Assembly (NCBI GenBank): GCA_963708295.1
Contig: CAVPSJ010000017.1
Span: forward strand, 64,001 to 128,000
Reading direction: 5' to 3'
Length of the DNA stretch: 64,000 nt
Source: an uncultured delta proteobacterium
GTDB lineage: Bacteria; Desulfobacterota; BSN033; UBA1163
The position numbers and the translations under genes were made by a program. The notes beneath the pieces were generated by a model that saw only the letters and a program-made list of their open reading frames with translations, was not told the origin of the DNA and made no database searches. Below, in pieces: positions 10,684-21,261 of the stretch; position 1 is the first letter of the stretch, and each line of letters opens with the position of its first letter.

Positions 10684-10804
10684 TAGAGCAATAAGATTGA
10701 AACATAAGGCCAAATCATTGTATATTTCTCTTAGTCAGTCGACGCATATACCCCTTTAAAGATCGGACGCATTCAACGGATAGATTGTAAAAAGGAGATG
10801 CTCG

Positions 10805-11966
10805 ATGAGCAGAAAACAGGGCAGCATTTTTGAAACGGTGGAAGCCTATTACGGGGATTACGGGGTCAGGGCAAGGGAGCTGAAGAAGGAGGGGAAACAA
10901 TTTATCGGCTATATCTGTTCCTTTGTTCCTCTGGAAATGATCTCCGCTTCCGGCTGTATCCCTTTTCGGGTGAGAGGGAATGTTCATGAGCCTATTACAA
11001 AAGGGGATACCCTTCTCGAAACCATTGTGTGCCCTTATTACCGGAGCATCTTCGACCTCTCGGTAAAGGGAAAATATGACTTTCTCTCTGGATTGGTCAT
11101 CCCTCACGGATGCGACAGCATGGTGCGGAGTTTCGCCACCTGGAGTTATTCTCTGCCTTATTCCTATTTTCACTTTGTCAACATTCCAACGGTTTGTGTC
11201 GAATCGTCCTTTGAATTCTTCGACGCAGAGCTAAACACCTTCAGGAAAAGTCTGGAGAAGTTTACCGGAAGAGCGATCACGGACGCGGATCTAAAAGAAG
11301 CCATCCGAATCCATAATGAAAGCAGGGACAAGGTCAGAGCTCTCTATGAATTCAGAAAGGCAGATCCGCCTCTCCTCTCGGGAAGGGAATTAACGATGGT
11401 GCTCACGGTCGGATCCAGTCTGCCCATTGCCGAAGCCAATCGATTGTTGGATCAGGTCTTGGCGGAAATCGGGAAAAGAGGGAAATCCCCTCTTCAGAAA
11501 GGTCCCCGTATATTCATTGACGGCGCCTGCCTCGATAACATTGAATTGATCAAGCTCGTGGAAGAACTCGGGGGCAATGTGGTGGCGGATACGATATGCA
11601 ACGGGGCCAGGGATCACTTTCCGAAGACGGATGAAGGGGGAGATCCCATCGATGCGCTGAGCCGGCGGTATTTGGAGAGAATCAATTGCCCCAAGACGTA
11701 CAGGGAGAACAAGACGGGGACCTTTGAAGGAGATATGGCCTCCCGATTTGGCGATATCGGAGCCTATACGAAGGAGTTTAAGGTGGAAGGCGCCATTCTT
11801 TACGTCTACAAATATTGTGACCCTTTCGGCTTTGAAGTCCCCGCACGAAAAGCCTACTACCAATCCATCGCATGTCCCCCTTCTTTGCCTGGAGGATGTC
11901 TATTCTGCGGGGACGATGGGTCAACTCCGGACGAGGATTCAGGCCTTTTTGGAGATGATCGGCTGA
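10805..11966 (+). CDS. 2-hydroxyacyl-CoA dehydratase / class I benzoyl-CoA reductase subunit (BzdN-like), frameshifted at about 11870
   Basis: GYICSFVPLEMI, CPY, PHGCDS, KYCDPFGF. The family C-terminus (LEDVYS…GQLRTRIQAFLEMIG) is in the 11724-11966 frame. Confidence 0.85.
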
Positions 11967-11989
11967 AAAGGGTAAAGGAGGATGAAGTC

Positions 11990-13392
11990 ATGGCTGAGGA
12001 ACAAAAAGAAGCAAAACCAAAAAAGAGGATGACGGCAACCCAGGCCGCTGCTTCCATCGGTCCCATGGTCAAGGAGTTTATTACGGGTACCCTTCGGGCA
12101 CGGGCAGAGGGAAAACAGAAATTAGCCTATACCTTTATCGTCTGCCATCATGAGGAGATCTTCCGGGCCATGGATGTCATCCCTTTGTGGACAGAGAATT
12201 TTGCCGGTATCTGCGGGGCAAAGAGAGACGCGGAAAGATTCCTTCAGAGAGCGGAGTCTCTGGGCCTTTCCCGCTCTTTGTGCACCTATGCCCTTTGCGG
12301 GATCGGTTTTGACCAATGGAGGGAAGAATTGGGCCAGATGCCTCCGGATGCTCCGTGGGGGGGACAGGCAAGGCCTGACTTCATGATATCCAGCGGGCAG
12401 ATCCTCTGTGATCCGAGATCCAAGTGGTATCAGGCCTCCCAGCAGTTTATGCCCGATGTGCCCATCTACAATATAGACCTTCCCTATCCTCTGTTTCAGA
12501 GGGATCGAGATCACCGGGACGTCTGGGGCTACTACCACAAGTATATCGTCAAGCAATTGCGCGGGCTGGTGGCCTTTCTCGAAGAGCAGACTGGAAAGAA
12601 GATGGATTATGATCGCCTCAGAGAGTTGGTTGATCTGAGCGATCGAACCTGGAACCTGATCGAAGAAACCTATAGCCTCCGAAAGGCTGTCCCTTGCCCC
12701 ATGGGGACAGGCGATGCCATGAATACCATGGTGCCCATCAACTTTATGATGGCCACCCAGAAGGCTTATGATTTTTTTGCAGACCTCAAAAAGGAATTAG
12801 AGGAAAAAATCGCCAAGGGAGAAGGAGAGGTTCAGGAAGAGAAATACAGACTCATGTGGGGAGGCGGATTGCCTTCCTGGTTTGCCCTGACCGATTTCAA
12901 TTACTTCAACAGCAAGGGGGCTTCGTTCCCTGTGGAAACGACCTATCGCATGGTTGCTCCCCTCGACGAGATGGAACTCCCGGAGACAAAGGATCCCATT
13001 GAGCACCTCGCATGGAGATGGCTCGGATACTGGACGTTCTGGTACGATCGGGCCAAGAAACGGCCGGGATCAGAACCCGATGTGGAACGCCTCATCCACT
13101 GGATCGAAGAATACAAGATTGATGGAATCGTGATGCACGAAGCCTTTTCGTGTCGAACCTGGCATGTGGGCCTCATTTGGCAGTTGCATCAACTGGCGAA
13201 AATATACAAACCCATCCCTGTCTTTGTCATCGGAAAGGATGGAAAGAAGGAAAAGGTTTACAGAGAATTCCTTCGTTGATTTTGGAAAGTGATATCATTG
13301 ATATCACCTCCTATTCGGAAGAAGATACAAGGAATAAGATTGATGCCTTCATCGAAACCCTGGAATCCAATCGATTAAGCAAGGCAGCCTGA
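11990..13392 (+). CDS. 2-hydroxyacyl-CoA dehydratase / class I benzoyl-CoA reductase subunit (BzdO-like), frameshifted at about 13270
   Basis: Own RBS (AAGGAGG) and ATG 11990; SLCTYA, ILCDPRSKWY, IDGIVMHEAFSCR. The C-terminus PSLILESDIID…IDAFIETL is in the 13150-13392 frame. Confidence 0.85.
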
Positions 13393-13429
13393 CTCTGGAT
13401 CGCCGAGAACCGAACAAGATCTGCGATCA

Positions 13430-13580
13430 CAAATTCTAAAATGCAAATTTCAGATTCCAAGTAAATTCCAATTTCCAATTCCAAGTGACCGAAAGATTAT
13501 CTGAGATCTTCAATTTTGGTCATTCCTGCCTGCGCGAACCCTGCCTTGCGGACGAAGGCAGGTGCTTGGTATTCGGTGCT
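13430..13580. repeat. Intergenic 7-nt-period inverted repeat array with a nested CCTGCC…GGCAGG palindrome
   Basis: aaattctaaaatgcaaatttcagattccaag…ttccaatttccaattccaagtgacc / ttttggtcatt[cctgcc…ggcagg 13525-13562]tgcttggtattcggtgctt. Confidence 0.7.
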
Positions 13581-13641
13581 TCCAGATTGACTTCAAAGCG
13601 ACGGATAACAGGAAGGTCTCCCCTCTGAATCCGAGGTTGAA

Positions 13642-14486
13642 TTGAAGCCGTATTTTGCGGGCATTGATGTCGGTTCGACGATGACGAAGGCGGTGATTCT
13701 GAATCATGGGATCATCGCTTCGATCATCGGCCCTACAGGTCCGGAGCAGCGCCGGCTCGCGAACAAGGTCATGGAAGCGGCACTTAGGAAGGCGGCTCTA
13801 CCGTTCCAGGCCATCACCTACATTGTCGCTACGGGTTACGGCAGGATCAACGTCCCGTTTGCCGATAAGCAGTTCACAGAGATCACGTGTCATGCCAAGG
13901 GCATCATCCATCTTTTCCCTGAAGCCAGGACCGTCATTGATATCGGAGGTCAGGATGTTAAGGCAATCAGGATAGACGCTAACGGCAAGACCGTTGATTT
14001 TGTGATGAATGACAAGTGCGCAGCCGGTAGCGGCCGATTTATAGAAGTGATTGCCGATACCCTCGGGGTCTCTCTGGATGAAGTGGGCGACTTATCTCTG
14101 CAAAGCAAGAATCCCGCAAAGATAAGCAACATCTGCACCCTATGGGCCCAGCAAGAGGTCGCAGCCAGTTTGGCACAAGGGGTACCCATTTCTGATCTGC
14201 TTGCGGGGGTCCATCATTCACTCGCAGACAGGATCGGCAGAATGGTCAACAGGTTAAGGGTGGAGGAGGCGATTATTCTGACAGGGGGAGGTGCCAAGAA
14301 TAAGGGTCTCCTGAGAGCCCTTTCCGAACAATTGGGCCATGAGATTCTGGTGCCCGAAGAGCCTTTGATCACCGGAGCCCTGGGTGCTGCTCTGCTGGGA
14401 AAAGAGATCGTGGAAAAGGCCGAGACAGAACAATACCTCCGCTAAAAACAAAAGAACGAATCTTAGAGCAAATCGAAATCCTTTGA
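13642..14486 (+). CDS. ASKHA-type activase (HgdC / BzdQ-like subunit)
   Basis: AGIDVGST, ATGYGR, EITCHAKG, VIDIGGQD, MNDKCAAGSG, TGGGAKN. The ORF stops at 14445, but a plausible tail (PLKTKERILEQIEIL) continues in another frame to 14486. Confidence 0.9.
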
Positions 14487-14511
14487 CGCACTCCATTTTG
14501 CCTTTTTTTTC

Positions 14512-14539
14512 TTGACAAAAAATGAATATTTGTTAGACT
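14512..14539 (+). promoter_or_regulatory. Putative sigma70 promoter of cytochrome c3
   Basis: TTGACA-16 nt-TAGACT with a TGn extended -10. Confidence 0.6.
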
Positions 14540-14599
14540 TTTTGGTCTAAAGAATTAAGAGGGGGAATCAGATCTTGGGGGAAAGGGGGTGAGACAATA

Positions 14600-14971
14600 A
14601 TGAAAAAAGGGTTGATTAGTATGGGAATCCTCGCAGGTTTCCTGCTCTCCATCCTGATGGTGAGTGGTGCTTTTGCTGCTAAAGACGTGATCACCTTTGA
14701 TGTTCCTCAGGGAAAGGTGACATTCCACCACAAGAAGCATGCCGAAACGCTGAAGATCGATTGCATAAAATGCCATCATACCTGGAAGAAGGGCGAGACA
14801 ACGGGAAAGTTGTGCGTAGACTGCCATAAGGACAAGGACGAGGGAAAGACTCTTTCGGCAAAGAATGCGTTCCATCAGGATTGCTACAAGGGTTGCCATA
14901 CCGAGGCCAAGAAAGCCAGCAAACCTGCCGGGCCGACAGTGTGCACCCAGTGCCACGTGAAGGCGAAGTAG
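14600..14971 (+). CDS. Tetraheme cytochrome c3 (class III)
   Basis: Signal peptide; V.F.H..H; heme motifs CIKCHH, CVDCH, CYKGCH (CX3CH), CTQCH. Confidence 0.92.
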   Translation: MKKGLISMGILAGFLLSILMVSGAFAAKDVITFDVPQGKVTFHHKKHAETLKIDCIKCHHTWKKGETTGKLCVDCHKDKDEGKTLSAKNAFHQDCYKGCHTEAKKASKPAGPTVCTQCHVKAK

Positions 14972-15010
14972 TAAGCTGAAATTTTCTGTCGCCTGCGAAC
15001 AGGCAAATTG

Positions 15011-15046
15011 AAAAGGGGTAGTTCCAAAAAGGAGCTACCCCTTTTT
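15011..15046 (+). terminator. Rho-independent terminator
   Basis: AGGGGTAGTTCC-aaaaa-GGAGCTACCCCT followed by a T-run and preceded by an A-run. Confidence 0.85.
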
Positions 15047-15048
15047 GC

Positions 15049-15077
15049 TTGACAGTAGATAAAAGGATATGTTAAAT
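15049..15077 (+). promoter_or_regulatory. Putative sigma70 promoter of resB
   Basis: TTGACA-17 nt-TTAAAT. Confidence 0.5.
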
Positions 15078-15162
15078 ATTTCAAGTACTTCCCTGCCAGT
15101 CATATTTCACTTCAGGCCGGATTAAAATTTGTCTGTGATAATAGGATCGATCAAAGGATACT

Positions 15163-16733
15163 ATGAAAGAATCGAAAGACGCAGCTAAAGTGAAAGAAAG
15201 CGGATTCCTTTCCATCATCTATGACCTTTTCCGGTCACTCAAACTTACCATTTCTCTCCTCATTCTACTTGCCATCCTTTCCATCATCGGCACGCTGATC
15301 ACACAGAATGCCACCCGTCCGGAATATATTCAGCGATACGGGATCGGCCTGTATGAGGTGTTGAACTTTTTCAACCTCTTCGATATGTACCATTCCTGGT
15401 GGTTCAGCGCCATTCTCTTGCTCCTCGTGATCAATTTGATCACCTGCTCTGTCCATCGCCTCCCGGGGATCCTGAGCCAGATTTCTCGCGGAGTCAGGAG
15501 AATTGGAAGATTAGATGCTCAAGACCCTTCCTTATGTGGAGAAGATCCGAATTCAGAATCCGACAAAGAAGGAGGAGGATATCCAGTCTTCCTTGAAGAA
15601 ATGGTTTAAGAACTGGGAGACGGATCGAGACAGAAACAGCCATCACGCTCTTCTCAGAAAAGGGAAGGTTCTCCAGATTGGGGGTCCCCATCACCCATTT
15701 AAGCATTCTGATCATCCTGATCGGAGGAATTCTTGGGTTCCCTCTACGGATTCAAAGGATCATGTCAATATCCTGGAAGGGGAAACGGTGGATCAGATTT
15801 TTCTGAGGACAAAAGATGAGAGAGATCTCCAAGCCGCTTGATTTCTCCGTGCGATGCGATGATTTCAAGATCACCTATTACGACCTTCCCGGGAAGAAAA
15901 GAAAAACATGTAAAGGAATATACAAGCCTCATCACGATTCTTGAAAACGGAAAAGAGGTTTTGAAAAAGACCGTTCAGGTCAATCATCCCCTTCACTATA
16001 AAGGGTTGGCTTTCTATCAAGCCAATTATGGAGCCATTCACGATGTCACCTTGGGAATTCAGTGGAAGGATAAAAAGGAAAAGACAACTTTTAAAGTCCT
16101 TGAGGGAAATACGGTTCCGGTCCCGAATATCCAATGACTTGATTCGGGTACTGCAATATGAACACTCAAGTCCACAACTTCGGGGAAGGAGTTCAGGTGG
16201 TCCTGTTCAAGCCCAACCAGGAACCACGCCCCTTTTGGTTATTGAAAGCCTTTCCGAAATTTGACGAGCAGAGGAAGGATGAGTTCGTCCTCACCTTTGA
16301 AGGGGATGCTCCAAGGGAATATACGGGACTTTCGGTGACGAAAGATCCTGGAGTCTGGGTGGTCTGGATCGGGTGCGGCCTGATGATTTTCGGCTTCATT
16401 GTCTCCTTCTTCTTCTCCCATCAGAGGGTTTGGGTAAGAATTCCAAAAAGCCCGGCAGGAGAGATTGTTTTGGCCGGTTCCGCCAACAAGAACCGGGTAG
16501 GTTTTGAAAAGACCTTTGGTGAATTGGTGGAGGAGATTCGTAAAGGAGGTTCGGAGTTCGGAGCTAAAGAGTTATCCATTTTTTGGGAAATTACGAATCC
16601 TCGAAGCGGTTATGAAACGCTGAGTTTACCCAGCCCATCCTCCCCGCTGGACGCGAGAAGATTTGCCCGAAAGGGAAAAGACCTTGCCTTTTTTGGAAAT
16701 GCGGTGCAATATATTCGAAACCATCTACTTTAA
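15163..16733 (+). CDS. resB: Cytochrome c biogenesis protein ResB/Ccs1 (system II), broken by several indels
   Basis: Fragments: SLKLTI…IIGTLI.Q, FDMYHSWWF…NLITCS; VNHPLHYKGLAFYQ; YTGLSVTKDPGVWVVWIG…FFFSHQRVW. Confidence 0.85.
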
Positions 16734-16828
16734 CCCCTCACCCTATCCCTCCCCCCTTGCTTGCCTGCCCAGCCCTCGGTCGGGACCGGGGCCGGTAGGC
16801 AGAAGGGAGTGGGGAAAGATGAGAGGGA
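16731..16828. repeat. CCCTCACCCT…GAGAGGG-type hairpin with a nested CCTGCC…GGCAG element
   Basis: cccctcaccctatccctcccccc…[cctgccc…ggtaggcag 16764-16802]…gggagtggggaaagatgagaggg. Confidence 0.55.
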
Positions 16829-16839
16829 AGGGAGGAGCT

Positions 16840-17127
16840 ATGAACAAGGCTGAGCTCATTACGAAGGTTTCAGAGAAGGCGAACGTGACACAAAAGGTCG
16901 CCAAGGTCATTGTCGACACCCTTTTTGACGGGATGAAGGAAAGTCTCGAGAAGGGGGAACGAATCGAGATCAGAGGATTTGGAAGCTTTGTGGTGAGAAA
17001 TTACGGTGGCTACAAAGGCCGAAACCCGAAGACCGGGGAGATCGTAGATGTCCCTCCGAAGAAGCTCCCTTTCTTTAAGGTTGGAAAAGAACTGAAAGAG
17101 ATGGTGAACACACCGGGTGAAGGTTAA
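16840..17127 (+). CDS. ihfB: Integration host factor beta-like / HU family DNA-binding protein
   Basis: MNKAELI…ERIEIRGFGSF…GRNPKTGE…PFFKVGKELKE; GGAGG RBS before ATG 16840. Confidence 0.85.
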   Translation: MNKAELITKVSEKANVTQKVAKVIVDTLFDGMKESLEKGERIEIRGFGSFVVRNYGGYKGRNPKTGEIVDVPPKKLPFFKVGKELKEMVNTPGEG

Positions 17128-17153
17128 CACGTTCCGAGAAATCCGGTTATTGA

Positions 17154-18216
17154 CTACTCAAGGCTCTTCCAGTACCGTTTCTGTATTTCCTTCAATTGAA
17201 GGAGGGATTTCTCGATTCGGGGATAATCCACTTTCTCTTTTTCGAGCAGGTCGTCTCTTCTCGAGAGGAGAGGCCTGAGAAAGCTCTTCCAAGACGGCCT
17301 TCACAGACCGTCTCTGGCTCGCCACATTGTAGCCACCCTCAAGGGTGAGCACCAGTTTTCCTTGAGCAGTGGCTCCTGCGATCTCCATCAGGATTTGCGT
17401 CATCCTTGCGTATCCCTTTTCCGATACGTCCATTCCACCCAGGGGATCGTTGTAATGGGTGTCAAACCCGGCTGATACCAAGATCAGCTGGGGTTGGTAT
17501 TCCAGGGCAATGGGCTTGAGCAATTTTTCGAAAATGTTTCCATAATCCGCATCACCCGCTCCTGTCGGGAGAGGGACGTTCACGGTGAACCCCTCCCCCT
17601 TCCCTTTGCCTACCTCCGTTGCCCCCCCTGTCCCTGGATAGAAGAAGCCATAGCGATGAGTGGAGAAATAGAGGACCTGGGGATCTTCATAGAAGGAATC
17701 CTGGGTTCCATTGCCGTGGTGGACATCCCAGTCCACGATTAAAATCCTCTGTAGAGAGAAATTCTGGAGGGCATATCGAGCGCCGATCGCAACATTGTTG
17801 AAGAGACAGAATCCCATGGCCCTGTCCTTCTCAGCATGATGGCCCGGAGGTCGCACCAGCGCAAACCCGTTATTGAGTTTCTCCTGCATCACAACCTTGA
17901 TCAACTCCAGGAGGCCTCCGGCAGCCCACAGGGCAGTCTCGTACGACTTTGCACACGTGGAGGTGTCCATGTCGAGTCGGACAGAGGGCTTGCCCGCCGT
18001 TGAGGCAACGAGATCGACATAAGCAGGAGAGTGGATCATCTCTATCTCCTCGCGGGTGGCCAGGCGGGGCTTCACCTTCCCCAGGGGCCGCCCCTTCATT
18101 TCCTCCTCCTCAAGCATGTGATAAATCTCCTGAAGTCGCTCCGGACTCTCCGGATGACCAGGGTCCATCACGTGCTCCAAATACCTCCGATCCTTAACAA
18201 CCCCCGTTCGGTTCAT
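17154..18216 (-). CDS. Histone deacetylase family (acetylpolyamine/lysine deacetylase-like) protein
   Basis: GHPESPERL, RPPGHHA, GFCLFNN, DWDVHHGNGTQ, SAGFD, LEGGY. The likely true C-terminus (…QKRYWKSLE) follows an indel near 17255. Confidence 0.93.
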
Positions 18217-18445
18217 CTAATCTCCCCATGCTTCAAAGAAAAAGATAATTTTCTCAAAGGATTTAACTCAGCCTATCTTTTTTGTCATTTCTTGTCAAGA
18301 TGACCGATTTTACTAAGTCTTATTCTTACCGGAGGATGACCTTAACCATTCTGAGCAAAATCGGGGGATACAACATCCTTCGGTGAATCGCTCCGTCAGT
18401 AACAAACCTATCCTAAGGGGTCAAAAGATAAGAGAAATAGGTCGC

Positions 18446-18472
18446 AACCCCTCGCTTTCAGGCGGAGGGGTT
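18446..18472. repeat. Hairpin resembling an IS200/IS605 end
   Basis: AACCCCTC-gctttcaggcg-GAGGGGTT; no transposase nearby. Confidence 0.35.
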
Positions 18473-19030
18473 CTATGAAAAGCCCCCGTGTGGCAAGGGC
18501 ATAAAATACTTTTGACATTTTTATGCAAATTTAGTAAACGATTACGGATATTCAGAAGTTCGACGTTTTAGAGGTTACGGTAAGGATGCCCTTTAGCAAA
18601 GGGCCAGGTCATCGATGGTTTTTCCCCCGCAGGCCGGGGAAATTTCCTTTTCCTTTATCTGAAGATATCGGACCCACCGTGGGTGGCCTGCGATATTATG
18701 ACTCCGGGAGCAGGGTGGAACCAGGTGAGTGTAAAGACGAAGTGCCGTTTTGGATCACCATTGGTCGAAATCCAAAGATCTCCGGAAGAACATACGCTTA
18801 CGATTATCCGGATGCGAATACCGGAAACAATATCGCCGGGAGAACGATGAATTATCTAATTCGTTGTCCACGTTAGGATTAGGGGAACGGAAAATCGGAT
18901 GGGGGGAGAAAGAGGGTTAGGCTTTCTCCATCTTTTGGGCCGCAACAAACAGTATTGGTCTTGAAGAATGCCCTTATTTTTTTGGGATCGGTCAGAATTG
19001 AAGCAGAGCGCAAATAAGAGGAGGAGGAAA

Positions 19031-19477
19031 GTGAAGACAACAAGAATTTTTGCAATGATGGCTGCAGCGGTTTTGATCATGGTGTGGTCTCACATGATTT
19101 TTGCCGAGGAGAAGTCCATTGCACTGCCAGTAAGAACAAAGGTTGAGAAGTTGGGTTCAGGGCACTTCAAGTTCAAACTTCCAAGTGGGCGGATTGTGGA
19201 GGTGAAAGGCTATTCGAAAGGCAGTGGTACGACGGCTTTGATTGGCGATTCCAGAATATATGATCGCACGGGAAAATTGATAGCTTCGGCAAAACAGGGG
19301 ATGCTGAAAGGCGGCCCGACACCTAAAGAGTTTATAAAAGAGAGCAAAAATTCTGTGAAGATTGACGATGACGTAATATGGCTCCCTGCCACGATCACAT
19401 TTCAAGCCGTCGAAATGAAGAGGAAGCAGGGTGTGAATGGTTTAAGCCCTCAGCCCGATCCACCGGGCAAGAAATAG
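19031..19477 (+). CDS. Secreted hypothetical protein with C-terminal PQPDPP motif
   Basis: GAGGAGG RBS, GTG start, signal peptide (…SHMIFA/EEK), ends GLSPQPDPPGKK. Confidence 0.7.
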   Translation: MKTTRIFAMMAAAVLIMVWSHMIFAEEKSIALPVRTKVEKLGSGHFKFKLPSGRIVEVKGYSKGSGTTALIGDSRIYDRTGKLIASAKQGMLKGGPTPKEFIKESKNSVKIDDDVIWLPATITFQAVEMKRKQGVNGLSPQPDPPGKK

Positions 19478-19572
19478 AGTGGTAGACCTTTAATGGAAAA
19501 TAATGGATCATTTGAACCTTTTCGAAAGAGGTTGCCATATACAGGTGAACAGACCTGATGGGAGGTGGAGTT

Positions 19573-19812
19573 ATGAAAACCCCCATATGCGTCAAGCTCG
19601 AGACGCCTGGCGGAAGCCTTGCGGAACAAACACATCCTGGAATTGGGGTGACCGCAACCGGGCCTATCCTTGTGAGGTTCAAATCAGTGAAACATGCCAA
19701 ACCCGGGACGTATGAGGTGAAAGCGATGCTCCTGACCAAAGAATGCAGGGAGCCGTTGAAGCAGGCGAAGGCCCCTCTCCGGGTGGAACGGGTGATCGTT
19801 AGAGCGCCATAG
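19573..19812 (+). CDS. Small hypothetical protein
   Basis: GGAGG RBS, ATG 19573, 79 aa, co-oriented with the upstream gene. Confidence 0.55.
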   Translation: MKTPICVKLETPGGSLAEQTHPGIGVTATGPILVRFKSVKHAKPGTYEVKAMLLTKECREPLKQAKAPLRVERVIVRAP

Positions 19813-20018
19813 GCGTTCTAGAAAGGAACCCGGGAAGGTGCTACCGGGTCATGACGCTTTTCCCAGAAGAAAATCACTTTTGCTTTGAGACGATAAAAGA
19901 AGTAAAATGGCCTGAAAGGTTATGCGGGCCCGTCCGCGTGTCAGCGACCGAAGAGCATGAAGTTTTGGGATCATGCGCTGCGCTTCCCTGCTGAATGCAG
20001 CACATCATAACCAGAGAG

Positions 20019-21005
20019 ATGCCTGCCAATCTCACCCCCCAATACTTAGACGCAGAGCTCAAGTTCAAGCAAGCGAAGACCACCCCGGAGAAGATAAAAG
20101 CTCTCGAAGTCATGATGGCCGTCATCCCAAAGCATAAGGGGACGGAGAGACTTCGCGGACAGCTCAAGAGCCGGATGGCTAAATTAAAGGAGGAACTCCA
20201 GAGGAAACCTGCTGTCGGAAAGGCAGAGCAGGCCTACAACATTAAGAGAGAGGGAGCCGCTCAGGTTGTTCTTTTGGGGCTTCCCAATTCCGGCAAATCA
20301 AGCGTTTTTTCCCGAATCACCCATGCCTCTTCCGAGGTGGCCGACTACCCGTTCACCACACAGAAACCCATCCCCGGAATGATGACGTTTGAAAATCTGC
20401 AGATTCAGCTGGTGGACACTCCACCGGTTCAAATGGATCATATCGAACCCGGATTCCCAAACCTCATCCGAAGCGCGGATGGTCTTCTTTTCCTGGTTGA
20501 CCTGACCGAAGATCCGATCTTCCAGATGGAGATCCTCCTGGAGGAATTGAATAGAATGAAAATAAGGGTGGCCGGGAAAGGACCCCGCCCCTTCCCGGAT
20601 GCGGGATGGATCTCTCTTCGAGCGCTCCTTGTCGGAAACAAATGTGAGATTAAAAACACCATGGAGGCCTACCGGAGATTTGAGGACCATTTTCGAGACG
20701 CCTTTCCCATCCTGCCTATTTCCGTCGAGGGAGGAATGAATCTTGACGAATTGAGGAAAGAGATTTATCAAATCCTGAACATCCTCCGGGTCTATACCAA
20801 AACCCCGGGAAAAGAAGCAGATCGGACGGAACCTGTTATTCTGAAAAAGGGGAGCACGGTGGAAGAGGTCGCCCTCTCCGTTCACAAGGATTTTGTTGCC
20901 AATCTTCGATATGCAAAGGTCTGGGGGTCTGGAAAATTTGACGGCCAGAGGGTGAAGCGGAATTATGTCGTGAACGAGGGGGATGTGATCGAGCTACATC
21001 TCTAA
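20019..21005 (+). CDS. DRG/Obg-family GTPase with C-terminal TGS domain
   Basis: MPANL, PKHKGTE, GLPNSGKS, YPFTT, IQLVDTPP, RVYTK, YAKVWGS. Confidence 0.9.
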   Translation: MPANLTPQYLDAELKFKQAKTTPEKIKALEVMMAVIPKHKGTERLRGQLKSRMAKLKEELQRKPAVGKAEQAYNIKREGAAQVVLLGLPNSGKSSVFSRITHASSEVADYPFTTQKPIPGMMTFENLQIQLVDTPPVQMDHIEPGFPNLIRSADGLLFLVDLTEDPIFQMEILLEELNRMKIRVAGKGPRPFPDAGWISLRALLVGNKCEIKNTMEAYRRFEDHFRDAFPILPISVEGGMNLDELRKEIYQILNILRVYTKTPGKEADRTEPVILKKGSTVEEVALSVHKDFVANLRYAKVWGSGKFDGQRVKRNYVVNEGDVIELHL

Positions 21006-21157
21006 CAGGCTGCTGAAAAAAGCCCATCTGCGGCGTTCCCCTCATCCTTCGTCGTTGCGGCGTACCTCGAAGTACGCCTCACTCCTCAGGATTTTGGGCG
21101 CCTTGCATCTGGGCATTCTTGAGCAGCCTGCAAAGAATGACTTTTCCGGCAAACTGC
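21006..21157. mobile_element. MITE-like non-autonomous element, copy 2
   Basis: CAGGCTGCTGAAAAA … TTCTTGAGCAGCCTG inverted ends; internal GGCGTAC/GTACGCC hairpin; homologous to 10434-10683. Confidence 0.65.
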
Positions 21158-21167
21158 TGATGCCTCG

Positions 21168-21260
21168 TGGAATATCGGAATCATGGAGCATTGGAATAGT
21201 GAATTTAGAAAAGTTAGAATTGAGGTGTTACTATTCCAGTCATCCAACACGCCATCATCC
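21168..21260. repeat. 8-nt-period inverted repeat array (TGGAATAN / TTCCA type)
   Basis: tggaatat cggaatca tggagcat tggaatag … ctattccagtcatccaacacgccatcatcc. Confidence 0.6.
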
Positions 21261-21261
21261 C

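Noticed and set aside
10805-13279. 824-aa fused dehydratase alpha-beta protein
   Set aside because: The first subunit's conserved C-terminus and stop are in another frame (to 11966), and the second gene has its own RBS and ATG at 11990, so the fusion is an indel artefact
14969-14974. TAG read-through (pyrrolysine) at the end of cytochrome c3
   Set aside because: TAG is immediately followed by TAA and a terminator, so it is a tandem stop
15163-16733. resB as a true pseudogene
   Set aside because: All conserved blocks are present in order with an intact promoter; the breaks cannot be distinguished from assembly errors
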